DNA of 32,000 nt from the NCBI RefSeq assembly GCF_001548275.1, contig NZ_AP014945.1, positions 1,290,001 through 1,322,000 of the forward strand, read 5' to 3'. Origin of the DNA: Caldimicrobium thiodismutans (lineage in GTDB: Bacteria; Desulfobacterota; Thermodesulfobacteria; Thermodesulfobacteriales; Thermodesulfobacteriaceae). Shown here in pieces: positions 9,809 to 19,263 of the stretch (position 1 is the first letter of the stretch; the number at the start of each line of letters is the position of its first letter). The notes beneath the pieces were generated by a model. That model worked only from the letters and a program-made list of their open reading frames with translations, had not been told where the DNA came from and did not search any database. The position numbers and the translations under genes are program-made.

Positions 9809-11782
9809 ATGCATGAGGTTTCCTTTCAAGTAGTGAGAACCTTTGATATAATAGTTTTTTTAGTGCCTTTTTTACCCTTTTTGGCAAGTATTATTACCCT
9901 CCTCTTTGGCAAGAGATATTTCCGAGATAAGGCGCATTATTTACCGGTATCTGCTTTATTTGTAAGTTTTTTATTAAGTTTAAAACTTTTGATTGATGTT
10001 ATTTCTGGGAAGACCTATAATTTTGACATCTATTCCTGGATTGTAGCTGGTTCCCTTAAGGTTGGGCTTGGATTTCTTGTAGATCCCTTATCAGTAATGA
10101 TGCTGTGTATGGTTACTTCTCTTGCCTTTTTGATTCATGTTTATTCAATTGGATATATGGGTGGAGATCCTGGATATTACAGATTTTTTTCCTATATATC
10201 TCTTTTTACCTTTAGCATGCTTATGCTTGTTCTTTCAAATAATCTTGTCCAGCTTTATTTAGGTTGGGAGGCAGTTGGACTTTGTTCCTATTTTCTGATT
10301 GGTTTTTGGTATGAAAAAAAGAGTGCCAGTGATGCAGCTAAAAAGGCCTTTATTGTTAACCGTGTGGGTGATTTTGGGTTTGCCCTTGGTATTTTTGCTA
10401 TGTTTTATTATCTGGGGACCCTTTATTATACGGAAATCTTTGAAAAACTACCCCTTCTTGCCAATCTCTATGTTGAAATAGGGGGCTATGAGATCCATGT
10501 TCCCTTTTTAATTGCCTTTCTGCTCTTTTGCGGAGCTATGGGGAAGAGTGCTCAGGTTCCACTACATGTCTGGCTTCCGGATGCCATGGAGGGTCCAACT
10601 CCAGTTTCAGCCCTCATTCATGCTGCAACCATGGTTACAGCTGGAGTCTTTATGGTATCCCGGCTCCATGCCCTCTTTGAGATGAGTGATTATGCTATGG
10701 CTATGGTTGCCTTTGTTGGAGCTATTACCTGTTTTATGGCTGCAACTATTGCTCCTACTCAGTTTGATATAAAAAGGGTAGTTGCTTATTCCACTCTTTC
10801 TCAGTTAGGATACATGTTTATGGCCTGTGGAGTGGGTGCTTTTGCAGCGGGAATGTTTCACCTCTTTACCCATGCCTATTTTAAGGCCTTGCTCTTTCTC
10901 GGAGCGGGAAGTGTTATCCATGCCCTTCATCACGCCCCGGATCCAAATGATATAAGGATTATGGGAGGCTTAAAAAAGTATATGCCTATTACCTTTTGGA
11001 CCTTTCTCATTGCCAGTTTGTCTATCTCTGGAATTCCGGGCTTAGCTGGTTTTTTCAGCAAAGATGAGATTCTTGCCATGGCTTATTTTTCTAAATACCC
11101 CTGGGGTAAAGTTATCTGGTTGATTGGTTTGATAGTGGCTTCTATGACAGCCTTTTATACCTTTAGGATCTTTTTTAAGGCCTTTTTAGGTGAGTTTAGG
11201 GGCAAGGAGGCTCTTCACGGGCATCTACCCCATGAGTCCCCTAAGGTGATGACCTTTCCTCTTATAATAATTGCTGTAGGAGCTATTTTTGCTGGCTGGT
11301 TGGGAATACCTGAATCCTTAGGAGGAGGAGCAAACTTTCAGAGATTTCTTGAGCCTGTGCTCGGGCACCCCGAGCTTCCCCATATAGATCATACTCTTGA
11401 GTATTTACTTATGGGTCTTGGAGTTCTTGCTGGAATCTTGGGTATAAGCCTATCCTATTTAGTCTATGTCAAGAGTCCCTCCTTAGAAACTCTCTTTTCC
11501 TCAAGATTTAAGAGGCTTTATACTTTCCTTTATAGGAAGTGGCTTTTTGATGAGTTATATCATCGTATATTTGTTATGCCAACTTTATTTTTATCAAGAA
11601 CGGTTGTTAATCTTATTCTGGATACCTTTATTATTGATCAAACTGTCAATGGATCAGCAAGGACAGCTGAATCTTTTGCTGGAATTTTCAGACGGTTTCA
11701 TACCGGAGTTGTTAATCATTATAACTGGTTTATTTTACTTGGGTTAATTATTTATATGCTTGTTGTGATGTACTTAAAGTAA
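9809..11782 (+). CDS. nuoL: complex I subunit L (antiporter-like)
   Basis: 657 aa polytopic. Contains GWE.VGLCSY.LIGFW, GKSAQ.PLHVWLPDAMEGPTPVSALIHAATMV.AG and the long C-terminal lateral-helix region. Confidence 0.95.
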   Translation: MHEVSFQVVRTFDIIVFLVPFLPFLASIITLLFGKRYFRDKAHYLPVSALFVSFLLSLKLLIDVISGKTYNFDIYSWIVAGSLKVGLGFLVDPLSVMMLCMVTSLAFLIHVYSIGYMGGDPGYYRFFSYISLFTFSMLMLVLSNNLVQLYLGWEAVGLCSYFLIGFWYEKKSASDAAKKAFIVNRVGDFGFALGIFAMFYYLGTLYYTEIFEKLPLLANLYVEIGGYEIHVPFLIAFLLFCGAMGKSAQVPLHVWLPDAMEGPTPVSALIHAATMVTAGVFMVSRLHALFEMSDYAMAMVAFVGAITCFMAATIAPTQFDIKRVVAYSTLSQLGYMFMACGVGAFAAGMFHLFTHAYFKALLFLGAGSVIHALHHAPDPNDIRIMGGLKKYMPITFWTFLIASLSISGIPGLAGFFSKDEILAMAYFSKYPWGKVIWLIGLIVASMTAFYTFRIFFKAFLGEFRGKEALHGHLPHESPKVMTFPLIIIAVGAIFAGWLGIPESLGGGANFQRFLEPVLGHPELPHIDHTLEYLLMGLGVLAGILGISLSYLVYVKSPSLETLFSSRFKRLYTFLYRKWLFDELYHRIFVMPTLFLSRTVVNLILDTFIIDQTVNGSARTAESFAGIFRRFHTGVVNHYNWFILLGLIIYMLVVMYLK

Positions 11783-11794
11783 GGAGGTTTGAAG

Positions 11795-13255
11795 GTGGGT
11801 ATTCCCAACTTGTTATCTACAATACTCTGGTTACCTTTGATTGGGATAATTCTTATCTTTTTAATGTCCCGTGAAAGTGAAAGGGCTATTAAGGTTGTTG
11901 CTCTGGTTACAGCTCTTCTTGACTTTGTCCTTTCCCTTTTTCTTCTTCTCAGTTTTGATTTTACAAATCCGGGCTTTCAATTCGTTGAAAAATCTATCTG
12001 GATAGATTTTTTAAATACTTTTTATTTTCTGGGAGTTGATGGTGTAAGTATTCTCTTTGTGCCTCTGTCTACTCTGGTTACCCTCCTTTGTATTCTTATT
12101 TCCTGGGATTCTATTAAAGAAAAGGTCAAGGAGTTTTATCTTGCCCTCCTCTTTACAAATATTGCCATGGTAGGGGTTTTTCTTTCCTTGGATCTTTTAC
12201 TGTTTTACCTTTTCTGGGAGGCCTTACTCATTCCAATGTATCTTATCATTGGAGTCTGGGGAGGCCCAAGGAGAATCTATTCAACCCTTAAATTCTTCCT
12301 TTATACCTTTTTTGGTTCAGTTTTTATGCTTATTGCAATTATTTATATCTTTCTGCAGTATGGCACCTTTGATTATACTGCCCTTCTTGGAAAGACCTTT
12401 GCTCCTCATGTTGAAAAATTACTCTTTCTTGGATTTCTGATTGCCTTTGCCATTAAGGTTCCCATGTGGCCTGTGCATACCTGGCTTCCAGATGCCCATA
12501 CGGAGGCCCCAACTGCTGGATCGGTTATTCTTGCAGGAATACTTATTAAACTTGGCGGATACGGAATGGTAAGGTTTCTTCTCCCCTTATTTCCTCAGGC
12601 AACCCTTTATTTTGCCAAGTTAATTCTGGTTCTTTCAGTTATTGCCATTATTTATGCAGGACTTGCCTGTTTGTGGCAGAGTGATTTAAAAAGGCTTATT
12701 GCCTATTCTTCAGTAAGTCATATGGGATTTGTAACCCTGGGAATTTTTTCTTTAAATCCAATTGGAGTAAAAGGAGCTATTCTTCAGATGATTAATCATG
12801 GAATAGTTACTGGTGCCCTCTTTATGTGTGTTGGTGTCATATATGATAGAACCCACTCCCGTGCTATTTCCTATTATGGTGGGCTTGCAACGACTTTTCC
12901 CCTTTATGCAGCCTTTTTTATGGTCTTTACTTTGGCAAGTATTGGACTTCCGGGAACTAATGGATTCATAGGAGAATTTATGATCCTTCTTGGAACTTTC
13001 CTTAGGGATAAACTTATGGTTGTGCTTGCCTCAACCGGTGTCATCATCGGTGCTGCTTATATGCTTTGGCTTTATCAGAGGGTCTTTTTCCAAAAACCAA
13101 GCCCCAATGTATTTAATCTAACTCCTATGAAATGGAATGAACTTACTGCCATTATTCCCATGCTTGCCTTAGTTTTTTTAATTGGTTTTTATCCCAATCC
13201 TTTTTTAGATTTTATGCGGGCAACTGTTTCGCAGATTTTACTTAATTTCCGGTAA
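11795..13255 (+). CDS. nuoM: complex I subunit M (antiporter-like)
   Basis: Contains FWEALLIPMYLIIG.WGG, K.PMWP.HTWLPDAH.EAPTAGSV.LAG and AYSSVSHMGF. GTG at 11795 is 7 nt after AGGAGG; the track's TTG at 11789 is too close to it. Confidence 0.92.
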   Translation: MGIPNLLSTILWLPLIGIILIFLMSRESERAIKVVALVTALLDFVLSLFLLLSFDFTNPGFQFVEKSIWIDFLNTFYFLGVDGVSILFVPLSTLVTLLCILISWDSIKEKVKEFYLALLFTNIAMVGVFLSLDLLLFYLFWEALLIPMYLIIGVWGGPRRIYSTLKFFLYTFFGSVFMLIAIIYIFLQYGTFDYTALLGKTFAPHVEKLLFLGFLIAFAIKVPMWPVHTWLPDAHTEAPTAGSVILAGILIKLGGYGMVRFLLPLFPQATLYFAKLILVLSVIAIIYAGLACLWQSDLKRLIAYSSVSHMGFVTLGIFSLNPIGVKGAILQMINHGIVTGALFMCVGVIYDRTHSRAISYYGGLATTFPLYAAFFMVFTLASIGLPGTNGFIGEFMILLGTFLRDKLMVVLASTGVIIGAAYMLWLYQRVFFQKPSPNVFNLTPMKWNELTAIIPMLALVFLIGFYPNPFLDFMRATVSQILLNFR

Positions 13256-13267
13256 GGAGGAAACAAA

Positions 13268-14722
13268 GTGGTGACACTCAGTCTCAATTTTGGAGTCCTA
13301 GCCGTAGAATTAGTTTTTCTTTTTATGGGCCTTTTTATTTTTCTTATAGATAAATTTATTAATAATAAGAATTATGCCTTTTATTTAGCCTTTATAGCTT
13401 TAGTGGTAGGGCTTGGTTTTCTTCTTTTTACACCTTTTGGGGAGTTTGCCCAGGCCTTCAAAACAGATTTTTATGCCACCACCATTAAGCTTTTTTTTCT
13501 TATAGGTTTTCTTCTCGTTCTTTTTATTTCCTATTTTTATTTGCAGACCTTTAAAGCACTGAATGTTGGTGAGTATTATGGACTTTTGCTATTTTCCGGG
13601 ATGGGTGCTTTTGTTATGCTTTCCAGCCAGGATTTCCTTACTCTTTACTTAGGGATGGAATTAATGAGTATCCCTGTGTATTTTTTAATAGCCTCTTCTT
13701 TTGTTTACAGAAGGGCTTCTGTTGAAGGAGCTTTGAAATATTTTATAGCAGGTTCTCTTGCTTCTCTTTTCTATCTCCTTAGTCTTGGCATAATTTATTA
13801 TTTTATAGGTGCTATTTCTTTTAAGGAAGTCTTTATCAAGCTTGCTCAAGGCCTTTATAAAAAGGAGATGATCCTCGCCTTGCTTTTGATTTTATCTGCC
13901 TTTTCTGTCAAATTGTCCCTTGTTCCCTTTCACATGTGGGCCCCTGATGCCTATGAAGCCTCTCCCCTTCCTGTTACTTCCTTCTTGGCAAGTCTTATTA
14001 AGTTTGCTCTTATGGCAGCTTTTATAAAAATTTTAATTGTCGCCTTTGCTCCTTTGAAAATTAGTTTAGGAGAATTACTTATACCAATTACACTTCTTAC
14101 CTTATTAGTTGGTGCGCTTCTTGCCATCAAACAGGACAATATTATAAGGATGCTTGCATACTCCTCTATTACCCATGCTGGGTATGCCTCCTTAGGACTT
14201 CTTTCGGGTGATTTTCTGGGATACGGCTTCACTATTTTTTACATGTTTGTTTATCTCTTTATGACTGTAGGAACCTTTGGGCTTTTAATTTATCTTGCCA
14301 AATTGAAGAGGGAATTTCTTGAAATTCCTGCTCTTTCAGGATTGAGCAAGGATTTACCTCTTATTAGTTTTTTTGTATTGGTTTTTTTCTTTTCCTTAGC
14401 GGGTATCCCTCCCACAGCCGGTTTCATGGCAAAATTTTATCTCTTTGTGATGCTTATTAAATCAAATCTTTTGTGGGTGGCTTTACTTGCCCTTCTATTT
14501 TCCATTATAGGTGCCTATCCTTATTTAAGGGTAATTAAGGTTATCTATATGGACAAACCCCTTCATGTCGTTGAAAAAGAAAGGTATGGTTTTTCTATGT
14601 TATTTCCTGTATTAATCTCCCTTTTAGTTGTAATCCTTCTTGGTATTTACCCAAAGCCTGTGATTGATTTTATTCAGAGGACCCTTTATTTATACCTTAG
14701 CCTTCTTTATTTCCATTTTTAA
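13268..14722 (+). CDS. nuoN: complex I subunit N (antiporter-like)
   Basis: 484 aa polytopic. Contains LGMELMSIP.YFL, K....PFHMW.PD.YE..P and AYSSI.HAGY. GTG is 7 nt after TAAGGAGG. Confidence 0.9.
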   Translation: MVTLSLNFGVLAVELVFLFMGLFIFLIDKFINNKNYAFYLAFIALVVGLGFLLFTPFGEFAQAFKTDFYATTIKLFFLIGFLLVLFISYFYLQTFKALNVGEYYGLLLFSGMGAFVMLSSQDFLTLYLGMELMSIPVYFLIASSFVYRRASVEGALKYFIAGSLASLFYLLSLGIIYYFIGAISFKEVFIKLAQGLYKKEMILALLLILSAFSVKLSLVPFHMWAPDAYEASPLPVTSFLASLIKFALMAAFIKILIVAFAPLKISLGELLIPITLLTLLVGALLAIKQDNIIRMLAYSSITHAGYASLGLLSGDFLGYGFTIFYMFVYLFMTVGTFGLLIYLAKLKREFLEIPALSGLSKDLPLISFFVLVFFFSLAGIPPTAGFMAKFYLFVMLIKSNLLWVALLALLFSIIGAYPYLRVIKVIYMDKPLHVVEKERYGFSMLFPVLISLLVVILLGIYPKPVIDFIQRTLYLYLSLLYFHF

Positions 14723-14830
14723 AGTTTTTTTGTAGGGTTTGACCTATAAAATGGTTGCAAAATACAAAGCAAAAATTAAAAAAAATGAGATTAAATTCTT
14801 TTAATAGCCTGAAAGAAAATTTTATTAAGG

Positions 14831-14857
14831 TTGACTTTGGCAAAAAGTTTTTATAAT
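14831..14857 (+). promoter_or_regulatory. candidate sigma-70 promoter of the sat-apr operon
   Basis: TTGACT at 14831-14836 and TATAAT at 14852-14857, both near-consensus hexamers but with a short 15-nt spacer. It sits 40 nt upstream of the sat ATG in a 174-nt AT-rich gap. Confidence 0.4.
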
Positions 14858-14896
14858 AAGACTTGAAAATTAATCTCAAGGATAGGAGGTGTTGAA

Positions 14897-16273
14897 ATGC
14901 CAGAACTTTATTTTAAGAGGCCCATGCCCCACGGGGGAAAGCTCGTTGAGCGGGTGATCACTGACAAAAAGATCGCCAAAAAGTATCTTGAGTCATGTAA
15001 AAAGTATTGCGCTTTTTACGACATTAAGCCTACTCTTCACTATAAGAGAGGCGTTCCTGTGAGAAATGTTTATCGTGAGATTATGTCAGTTTGTTATGGT
15101 TTTTTCAGTCCTGTTGAGGGTTCTATGACCAGTGCTGAGCTTGAGAGTGTGCTTTCCAAGAGAAGGCTTCTTTCTGGCTGGGTTTTCCCATATCCCATTC
15201 TTTTTGATATTTCTAAGGAAGACTTCAATAAGCTTGGTGTGAGTGAGGGGGATAGGCTAATTCTTAGGCTTAAAGGGAAACCCTTTGCTATGCTTGATAT
15301 TGAAGAAATTTATGAGATTGATCCTGAAGAGCTTGCTAATAGAACCTTTGGTTCTCCTGAGACCAATCCCGAAGTTGTTCAGGAAAAATTTGATGATAAG
15401 CATCCTGGTTGGGTTATTTATAGGTCTCACAATCCTATTATTCTTGCCGGGAAATATACTATTATTAATGAACCCATTTTTAAGCCACCCTTTGACAGAT
15501 TCTGGCTTCCTCCCAGAAAGGCAAGAGAGCTTATGGAGCAAAAGGGCTGGAGGACAGCTATTGCTCACCAGACCAGAAATGTTCCCCATGTGGGTCATGA
15601 GCACCTTATGAAAAATGCCGCTTACACTGGTGATGTTGAGCCTTGTCATGGAATTCTTGTGAATGCTATTATTGGTGTTAAAAGAAGAGGTGATTATCCA
15701 GATGAAGCTATCTTAGAGGCCCATGAGGCTGTCAATAAGGCTGGATATATTAAGCCTGAAAGACATGTGGTCTCTTTTACTCTCTGGGATATGAGATATG
15801 GCAATCCCCTTGAGAGTTTGCTCCATGGAATTATTCGTCAAAATATGGGATGCACTCATCATATGTTTGGGAGGGATCATGCTGCAGTAGGTGAGTATTA
15901 TGACAAATTTGCAACTCAGATTCTCTGGCTTAAGGGAATTCCAAGCTATGGTTTTGACAAGCCTGTGAATGAGGTTGAGGGAGGATTGGAGATCAGACCT
16001 CAGAATATGAGGGAATTTTGGTATTGTCCTGTTTGTAAAGAAATGGCTTACAGCGAGAGTTGTAATCACTCCAAGCAAAAAGAGAAGCTTTCGGGTTCTC
16101 TTATCAGGGGGCTTGTAGCTGAAGGTGTTCAACCTCCCGTTGTTATTATGAGGCCCGAGGTCTTCAAGGTTGTAGTTAAGTGGTGGAAGAAATTTAATTA
16201 TCCCTTTGTAAATGAAAGATATGTCCAGTGGAAAGAGGAAGAATTAGAAGTTGATCTTCCTGATATGGAATAA
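14897..16273 (+). CDS. sat: sulfate adenylyltransferase (dissimilatory ATP sulfurylase), long about 458-aa form
   Basis: PHGGKLVERV N-terminus, QTRNVPHVGHEHLMK (the QTRNP.HR.H active-site equivalent) and GRDHAAVG. Cys/His cluster CPVC...C.H near the C-terminus. SD GGAGGTG. Confidence 0.95.
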   Translation: MPELYFKRPMPHGGKLVERVITDKKIAKKYLESCKKYCAFYDIKPTLHYKRGVPVRNVYREIMSVCYGFFSPVEGSMTSAELESVLSKRRLLSGWVFPYPILFDISKEDFNKLGVSEGDRLILRLKGKPFAMLDIEEIYEIDPEELANRTFGSPETNPEVVQEKFDDKHPGWVIYRSHNPIILAGKYTIINEPIFKPPFDRFWLPPRKARELMEQKGWRTAIAHQTRNVPHVGHEHLMKNAAYTGDVEPCHGILVNAIIGVKRRGDYPDEAILEAHEAVNKAGYIKPERHVVSFTLWDMRYGNPLESLLHGIIRQNMGCTHHMFGRDHAAVGEYYDKFATQILWLKGIPSYGFDKPVNEVEGGLEIRPQNMREFWYCPVCKEMAYSESCNHSKQKEKLSGSLIRGLVAEGVQPPVVIMRPEVFKVVVKWWKKFNYPFVNERYVQWKEEELEVDLPDME

Positions 16274-16304
16274 TAAAAAATTAAAAAAATGAGGAGGTGA
16301 AAAG

Positions 16305-16664
16305 ATGGAATATATACTTGAGGTTTTTCTTGATGACTACAGATTGGGAAAAATTAAGGGATCACCTGTAGAATCTAATATAGAGACAGTTTTTGGTGGT
16401 GAGCTTAAGGTTTTAAAAGTAAAGGTTGGAGAAGAGACAAAAAATGATGTTCTTAAGGCCTTTGAGACTGCTCGTATTGATTCCCGTGCCTGTATCACAG
16501 ATACTCCTGTTGCCTTTAAGAGAGCCCTTTTTGAAGAGATAGCGAAGCAGAAGAGTCTTGGAGAGGAAGTGGTTAAGGCTGTTCTTGGAAGGATTAATGA
16601 AATAAAGGAATTAGCAGCTAAGGAATCAGATTTTTTACCAGCCCCTGAGATAGAAACAGATTAG
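16305..16664 (+). CDS. hypothetical acidic 119-aa protein embedded between sat and aprB
   Basis: Strong SD (GAGGAGGTGA) 5 nt before the ATG. No overlap with the neighbours. No TM segment, signal peptide or cofactor motif. One Cys. I recognise no family. Confidence 0.75.
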   Translation: MEYILEVFLDDYRLGKIKGSPVESNIETVFGGELKVLKVKVGEETKNDVLKAFETARIDSRACITDTPVAFKRALFEEIAKQKSLGEEVVKAVLGRINEIKELAAKESDFLPAPEIETD

Positions 16665-16693
16665 TAAAATAAAAAACAAAAGGAGGTGTCGTT

Positions 16694-17179
16694 ATGCCAA
16701 GTTATGTGAACCCTGAAAAGTGTGACGGTTGCAAGGGTGGGGACAGGACCGTCTGTATGTACATCTGTCCCAATGACCTTATGATCCTTGATCCTGAGGC
16801 CATGAGGGCTTACAACCAGGAGCCTGATCAGTGCTGGGAGTGCTATTCATGTGTTAAGAGCTGCCCTCAGGGAGCTATATCTATCAGACACTATGCAGAC
16901 TTTGCTCCTCTTAATGGAACTTGTCAGCCCATGAGAGGAACAACTGATGTCATGTGGACCATTAAATTCAGAAATGGAGTTGTTGTAAGGTTTAAGTTTC
17001 CTATTAGAACTACTCCTGAAGGTTCTGCAGATCCAACTATGGGTGGAAAGGAGCCTGATCCAGCCAAACTAAATACCAATCAGCTTTTTACTCAGGCTGC
17101 AGATGGTATTGAGCCAGCCAAACCTGAGGCTGTCCTTAATAAGGTTTTCCCATGCACTGATAAAAAGATGACCATTTAA
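16694..17179 (+). CDS. aprB: adenylylsulfate (APS) reductase beta subunit
   Basis: MPSYVNPEKCDGCKGGDRTVCMYICPNDLM...CWECYSCVKSCPQGAI...MWT.KFRNG...RFKFPIRTTPEGS is the canonical AprB sequence pattern. Confidence 0.96.
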   Translation: MPSYVNPEKCDGCKGGDRTVCMYICPNDLMILDPEAMRAYNQEPDQCWECYSCVKSCPQGAISIRHYADFAPLNGTCQPMRGTTDVMWTIKFRNGVVVRFKFPIRTTPEGSADPTMGGKEPDPAKLNTNQLFTQAADGIEPAKPEAVLNKVFPCTDKKMTI

Positions 17180-17209
17180 AAATTTAAAATTTTAAAGGAG
17201 GTGACAACT

Positions 17210-19210
17210 ATGCCTAAGATTCACAGTTATAACTTTGGATTAGCTTGTGCAGAGCCAGAAGTTGTTGAAAAGGATGTAGACATATTATTAGTTGGTGGTG
17301 GAATGGCAGCCTGTGGTGCAGCTGTAGAGGCAGTTCGCTGGGCCAAACCCCATGGAATTACTATACTTTTAGCTGATAAGGCTGCTATGGAAAGATCTGG
17401 TGCTGTGGCTATGGGTCTTTCTGCTATTAACACCTACATTGGTGATAACAAGCCTGATGATTATGTGAGAATGGTAAGATGCGACCTTATGGGAATTATT
17501 AGAGAGGACCTTTCTTTTGATGTGGGAAGACATGTTGATGATACTGTTCATTGTTTTGAGGAATGGGGTCTTCCTATTTGGAAGCAGGATCCTCAGACTG
17601 GAAAGACTCTTGATGGTGCTGAGGCCAAGGCCAAGGGTTTAACTCTCAAAGGCGGAGCAAAGCCTGTTCGTTCTGGACGCTGGCAGATCATGATTAACGG
17701 TGAATCCTATAAGGTTATTGTTGCAGAAGCTGCTAAGAATGCTCTTGCCAGCTATGACAAGGCTGAAATTATTGAAAGGCTTTTCATTGTTAGACCTCTT
17801 CTTGATGCTAATGAACCCAACAGATGTGCAGGTGCAGTAGGATTCTCTGTTAGAGAAAATAAGATTTACATTATCAAAGCCAAGGCTACTCTTGTTTCTA
17901 CCGGTGGAGCAGTGAATGTCTTCCGTCCCAGATCCATTGATGAAGGAAAGGGAAGAACCTGGTATCCCGTATGGAACCCCGGTTCTGGATATGCTATGTG
18001 TGCCATGAGTGGAGCTAAGCTTGTTCTTATGGAAAATAGATTTGTTCCTGCCAGATTTAAGGATGGATACGGGCCAGTTGGTGCTTGGTTCTTGCTCTTC
18101 AAAGCCAGAGCAACCAATGCCTTCGATGAAGATTATGTTGCTAAACATAAAGAGGAGCTTAAAAAGTTTGCTCCTTATAGCGAGGCTTCCGTTGTGGGAA
18201 CCTGCTTAAGAAACCATGCTATGCTTATTGAAATGAAAGAAGGAAGAGGTCCTATTTTCATGCACACAGAGTGGGCTCTTCAGGAAGCCGAAAAGAAGAT
18301 GGACAAAAAAGAATTTAAACATCTTATAGCCGAAGCCTGGGAAGACTTCCTTGACATGTGTGTAACTCAGGCTGGACTTTGGGCCTGTTTGAATATTGAG
18401 CCTGAAAAGAAACCTTCTGAGATTATGCCTACAGAGCCTTACTTCCTTGGATCACATGCTGGATGTGCTGGTGCCTGGTGCTGTGGACCAGATGAAGATT
18501 GGGTTCCAGCGGAATACAAAAAGCCTTGGGAAGGAATTGGAAAATACAATAGAATGACCACAGTCAAGGGTCTCTTCTGCGCTGGTGACACTGTGGGTGC
18601 CAGTGGTCATAAGTTCTCCTCTGGTGCTCATGTTGAGGGTAGAATTGCTGCTAAAGCTATGGTTAAGTTTGTCCTTGATAATAAGGATTATAAGCCTGCT
18701 ATCAAAGAATCAGCTGATGAACTTAAGAAAGAGATCTATGGACCATGGTATAGGTTTGAGCAATTTAAGAATGCAACTACTGCTTATGAAGTCAACCCCA
18801 ACTATCTTATTCCTCGTCATATTCAGGCAAGACTTATGAAACTTATGGATGAGTATGTAGCTGGAACCTCTACCTATTATATGACCAACAAACCTATGCT
18901 TGAGAGAGGTCTTGAACTCTTGAGAATGCTTAAAGAAGATATGGAACTTGCAGCTGCAAGAGACTTACATGAGCTTATGAGAGCCTGGGAGAACAGACAC
19001 AGAGTATGGACTGCTGAAGCTCACCTCTTGCATATCCTCTTCAGAGATGAGACCAGATATCCTGGATACTTCTATAGAGCTGATTACTTAAATATTGATG
19101 ATAATAATTGGAGATGTTTCACTCTATCCAGATGGAATCCCGAGACCAAGCAGTGGGAACTTGAAACCTATCCTTATGTGCAGATCATTCCTGATCCTCT
19201 TGGGCCGTAA
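17210..19210 (+). CDS. aprA: adenylylsulfate (APS) reductase alpha subunit (FAD)
   Basis: FAD fold DILLVGGGMAACGAA, a fumarate-reductase-like flavoprotein body and a C-terminal ..RYPGYFYRADY.. segment. ATG at 17210 is 9 nt after AAGGAGG; the track's GTG at 17201 directly abuts the SD. Confidence 0.96.
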   Translation: MPKIHSYNFGLACAEPEVVEKDVDILLVGGGMAACGAAVEAVRWAKPHGITILLADKAAMERSGAVAMGLSAINTYIGDNKPDDYVRMVRCDLMGIIREDLSFDVGRHVDDTVHCFEEWGLPIWKQDPQTGKTLDGAEAKAKGLTLKGGAKPVRSGRWQIMINGESYKVIVAEAAKNALASYDKAEIIERLFIVRPLLDANEPNRCAGAVGFSVRENKIYIIKAKATLVSTGGAVNVFRPRSIDEGKGRTWYPVWNPGSGYAMCAMSGAKLVLMENRFVPARFKDGYGPVGAWFLLFKARATNAFDEDYVAKHKEELKKFAPYSEASVVGTCLRNHAMLIEMKEGRGPIFMHTEWALQEAEKKMDKKEFKHLIAEAWEDFLDMCVTQAGLWACLNIEPEKKPSEIMPTEPYFLGSHAGCAGAWCCGPDEDWVPAEYKKPWEGIGKYNRMTTVKGLFCAGDTVGASGHKFSSGAHVEGRIAAKAMVKFVLDNKDYKPAIKESADELKKEIYGPWYRFEQFKNATTAYEVNPNYLIPRHIQARLMKLMDEYVAGTSTYYMTNKPMLERGLELLRMLKEDMELAAARDLHELMRAWENRHRVWTAEAHLLHILFRDETRYPGYFYRADYLNIDDNNWRCFTLSRWNPETKQWELETYPYVQIIPDPLGP

Positions 19211-19227
19211 AAGATAAAATAATAATT

Positions 19228-19256
19228 GAGGGGGCTTTAAAGCCCCCTCTTTTTTT
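19228..19256 (+). terminator. Rho-independent terminator after aprA
   Basis: Perfect 9-bp GC-rich stem GAGGGGGCT (19228-19236) / AGCCCCCTC (19241-19249), loop TTAA, then T7 (19250-19256). Confidence 0.85.
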
Positions 19257-19263
19257 AATTTTT

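Noticed and set aside
14838-14853. TGGCA in the sat upstream region as a possible sigma-54 -24 element
   Set aside because: The sequence at the -12 position is TTTT, with no TGC. The same bases fit a near-consensus sigma-70 TTGACT/TATAAT pair better.
15257-16132. Minus-strand ORFs of 130 aa and 139 aa, and a + strand alternate-frame 108-aa ORF, inside sat
   Set aside because: They are embedded in the well-supported sat frame. They have no ribosome-binding sites and no recognisable motifs. They are treated as frame shadows.
17639-18148. 169-aa and 83-aa ORFs on the minus strand inside aprA (also 17227-17433 and 17369-17551)
   Set aside because: They lie fully antisense to a gene whose product matches AprA along its whole length. 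They have no SD sequence and their low-complexity Ser/Asn/Ile-rich translations are typical of antisense frames of codon-biased genes.
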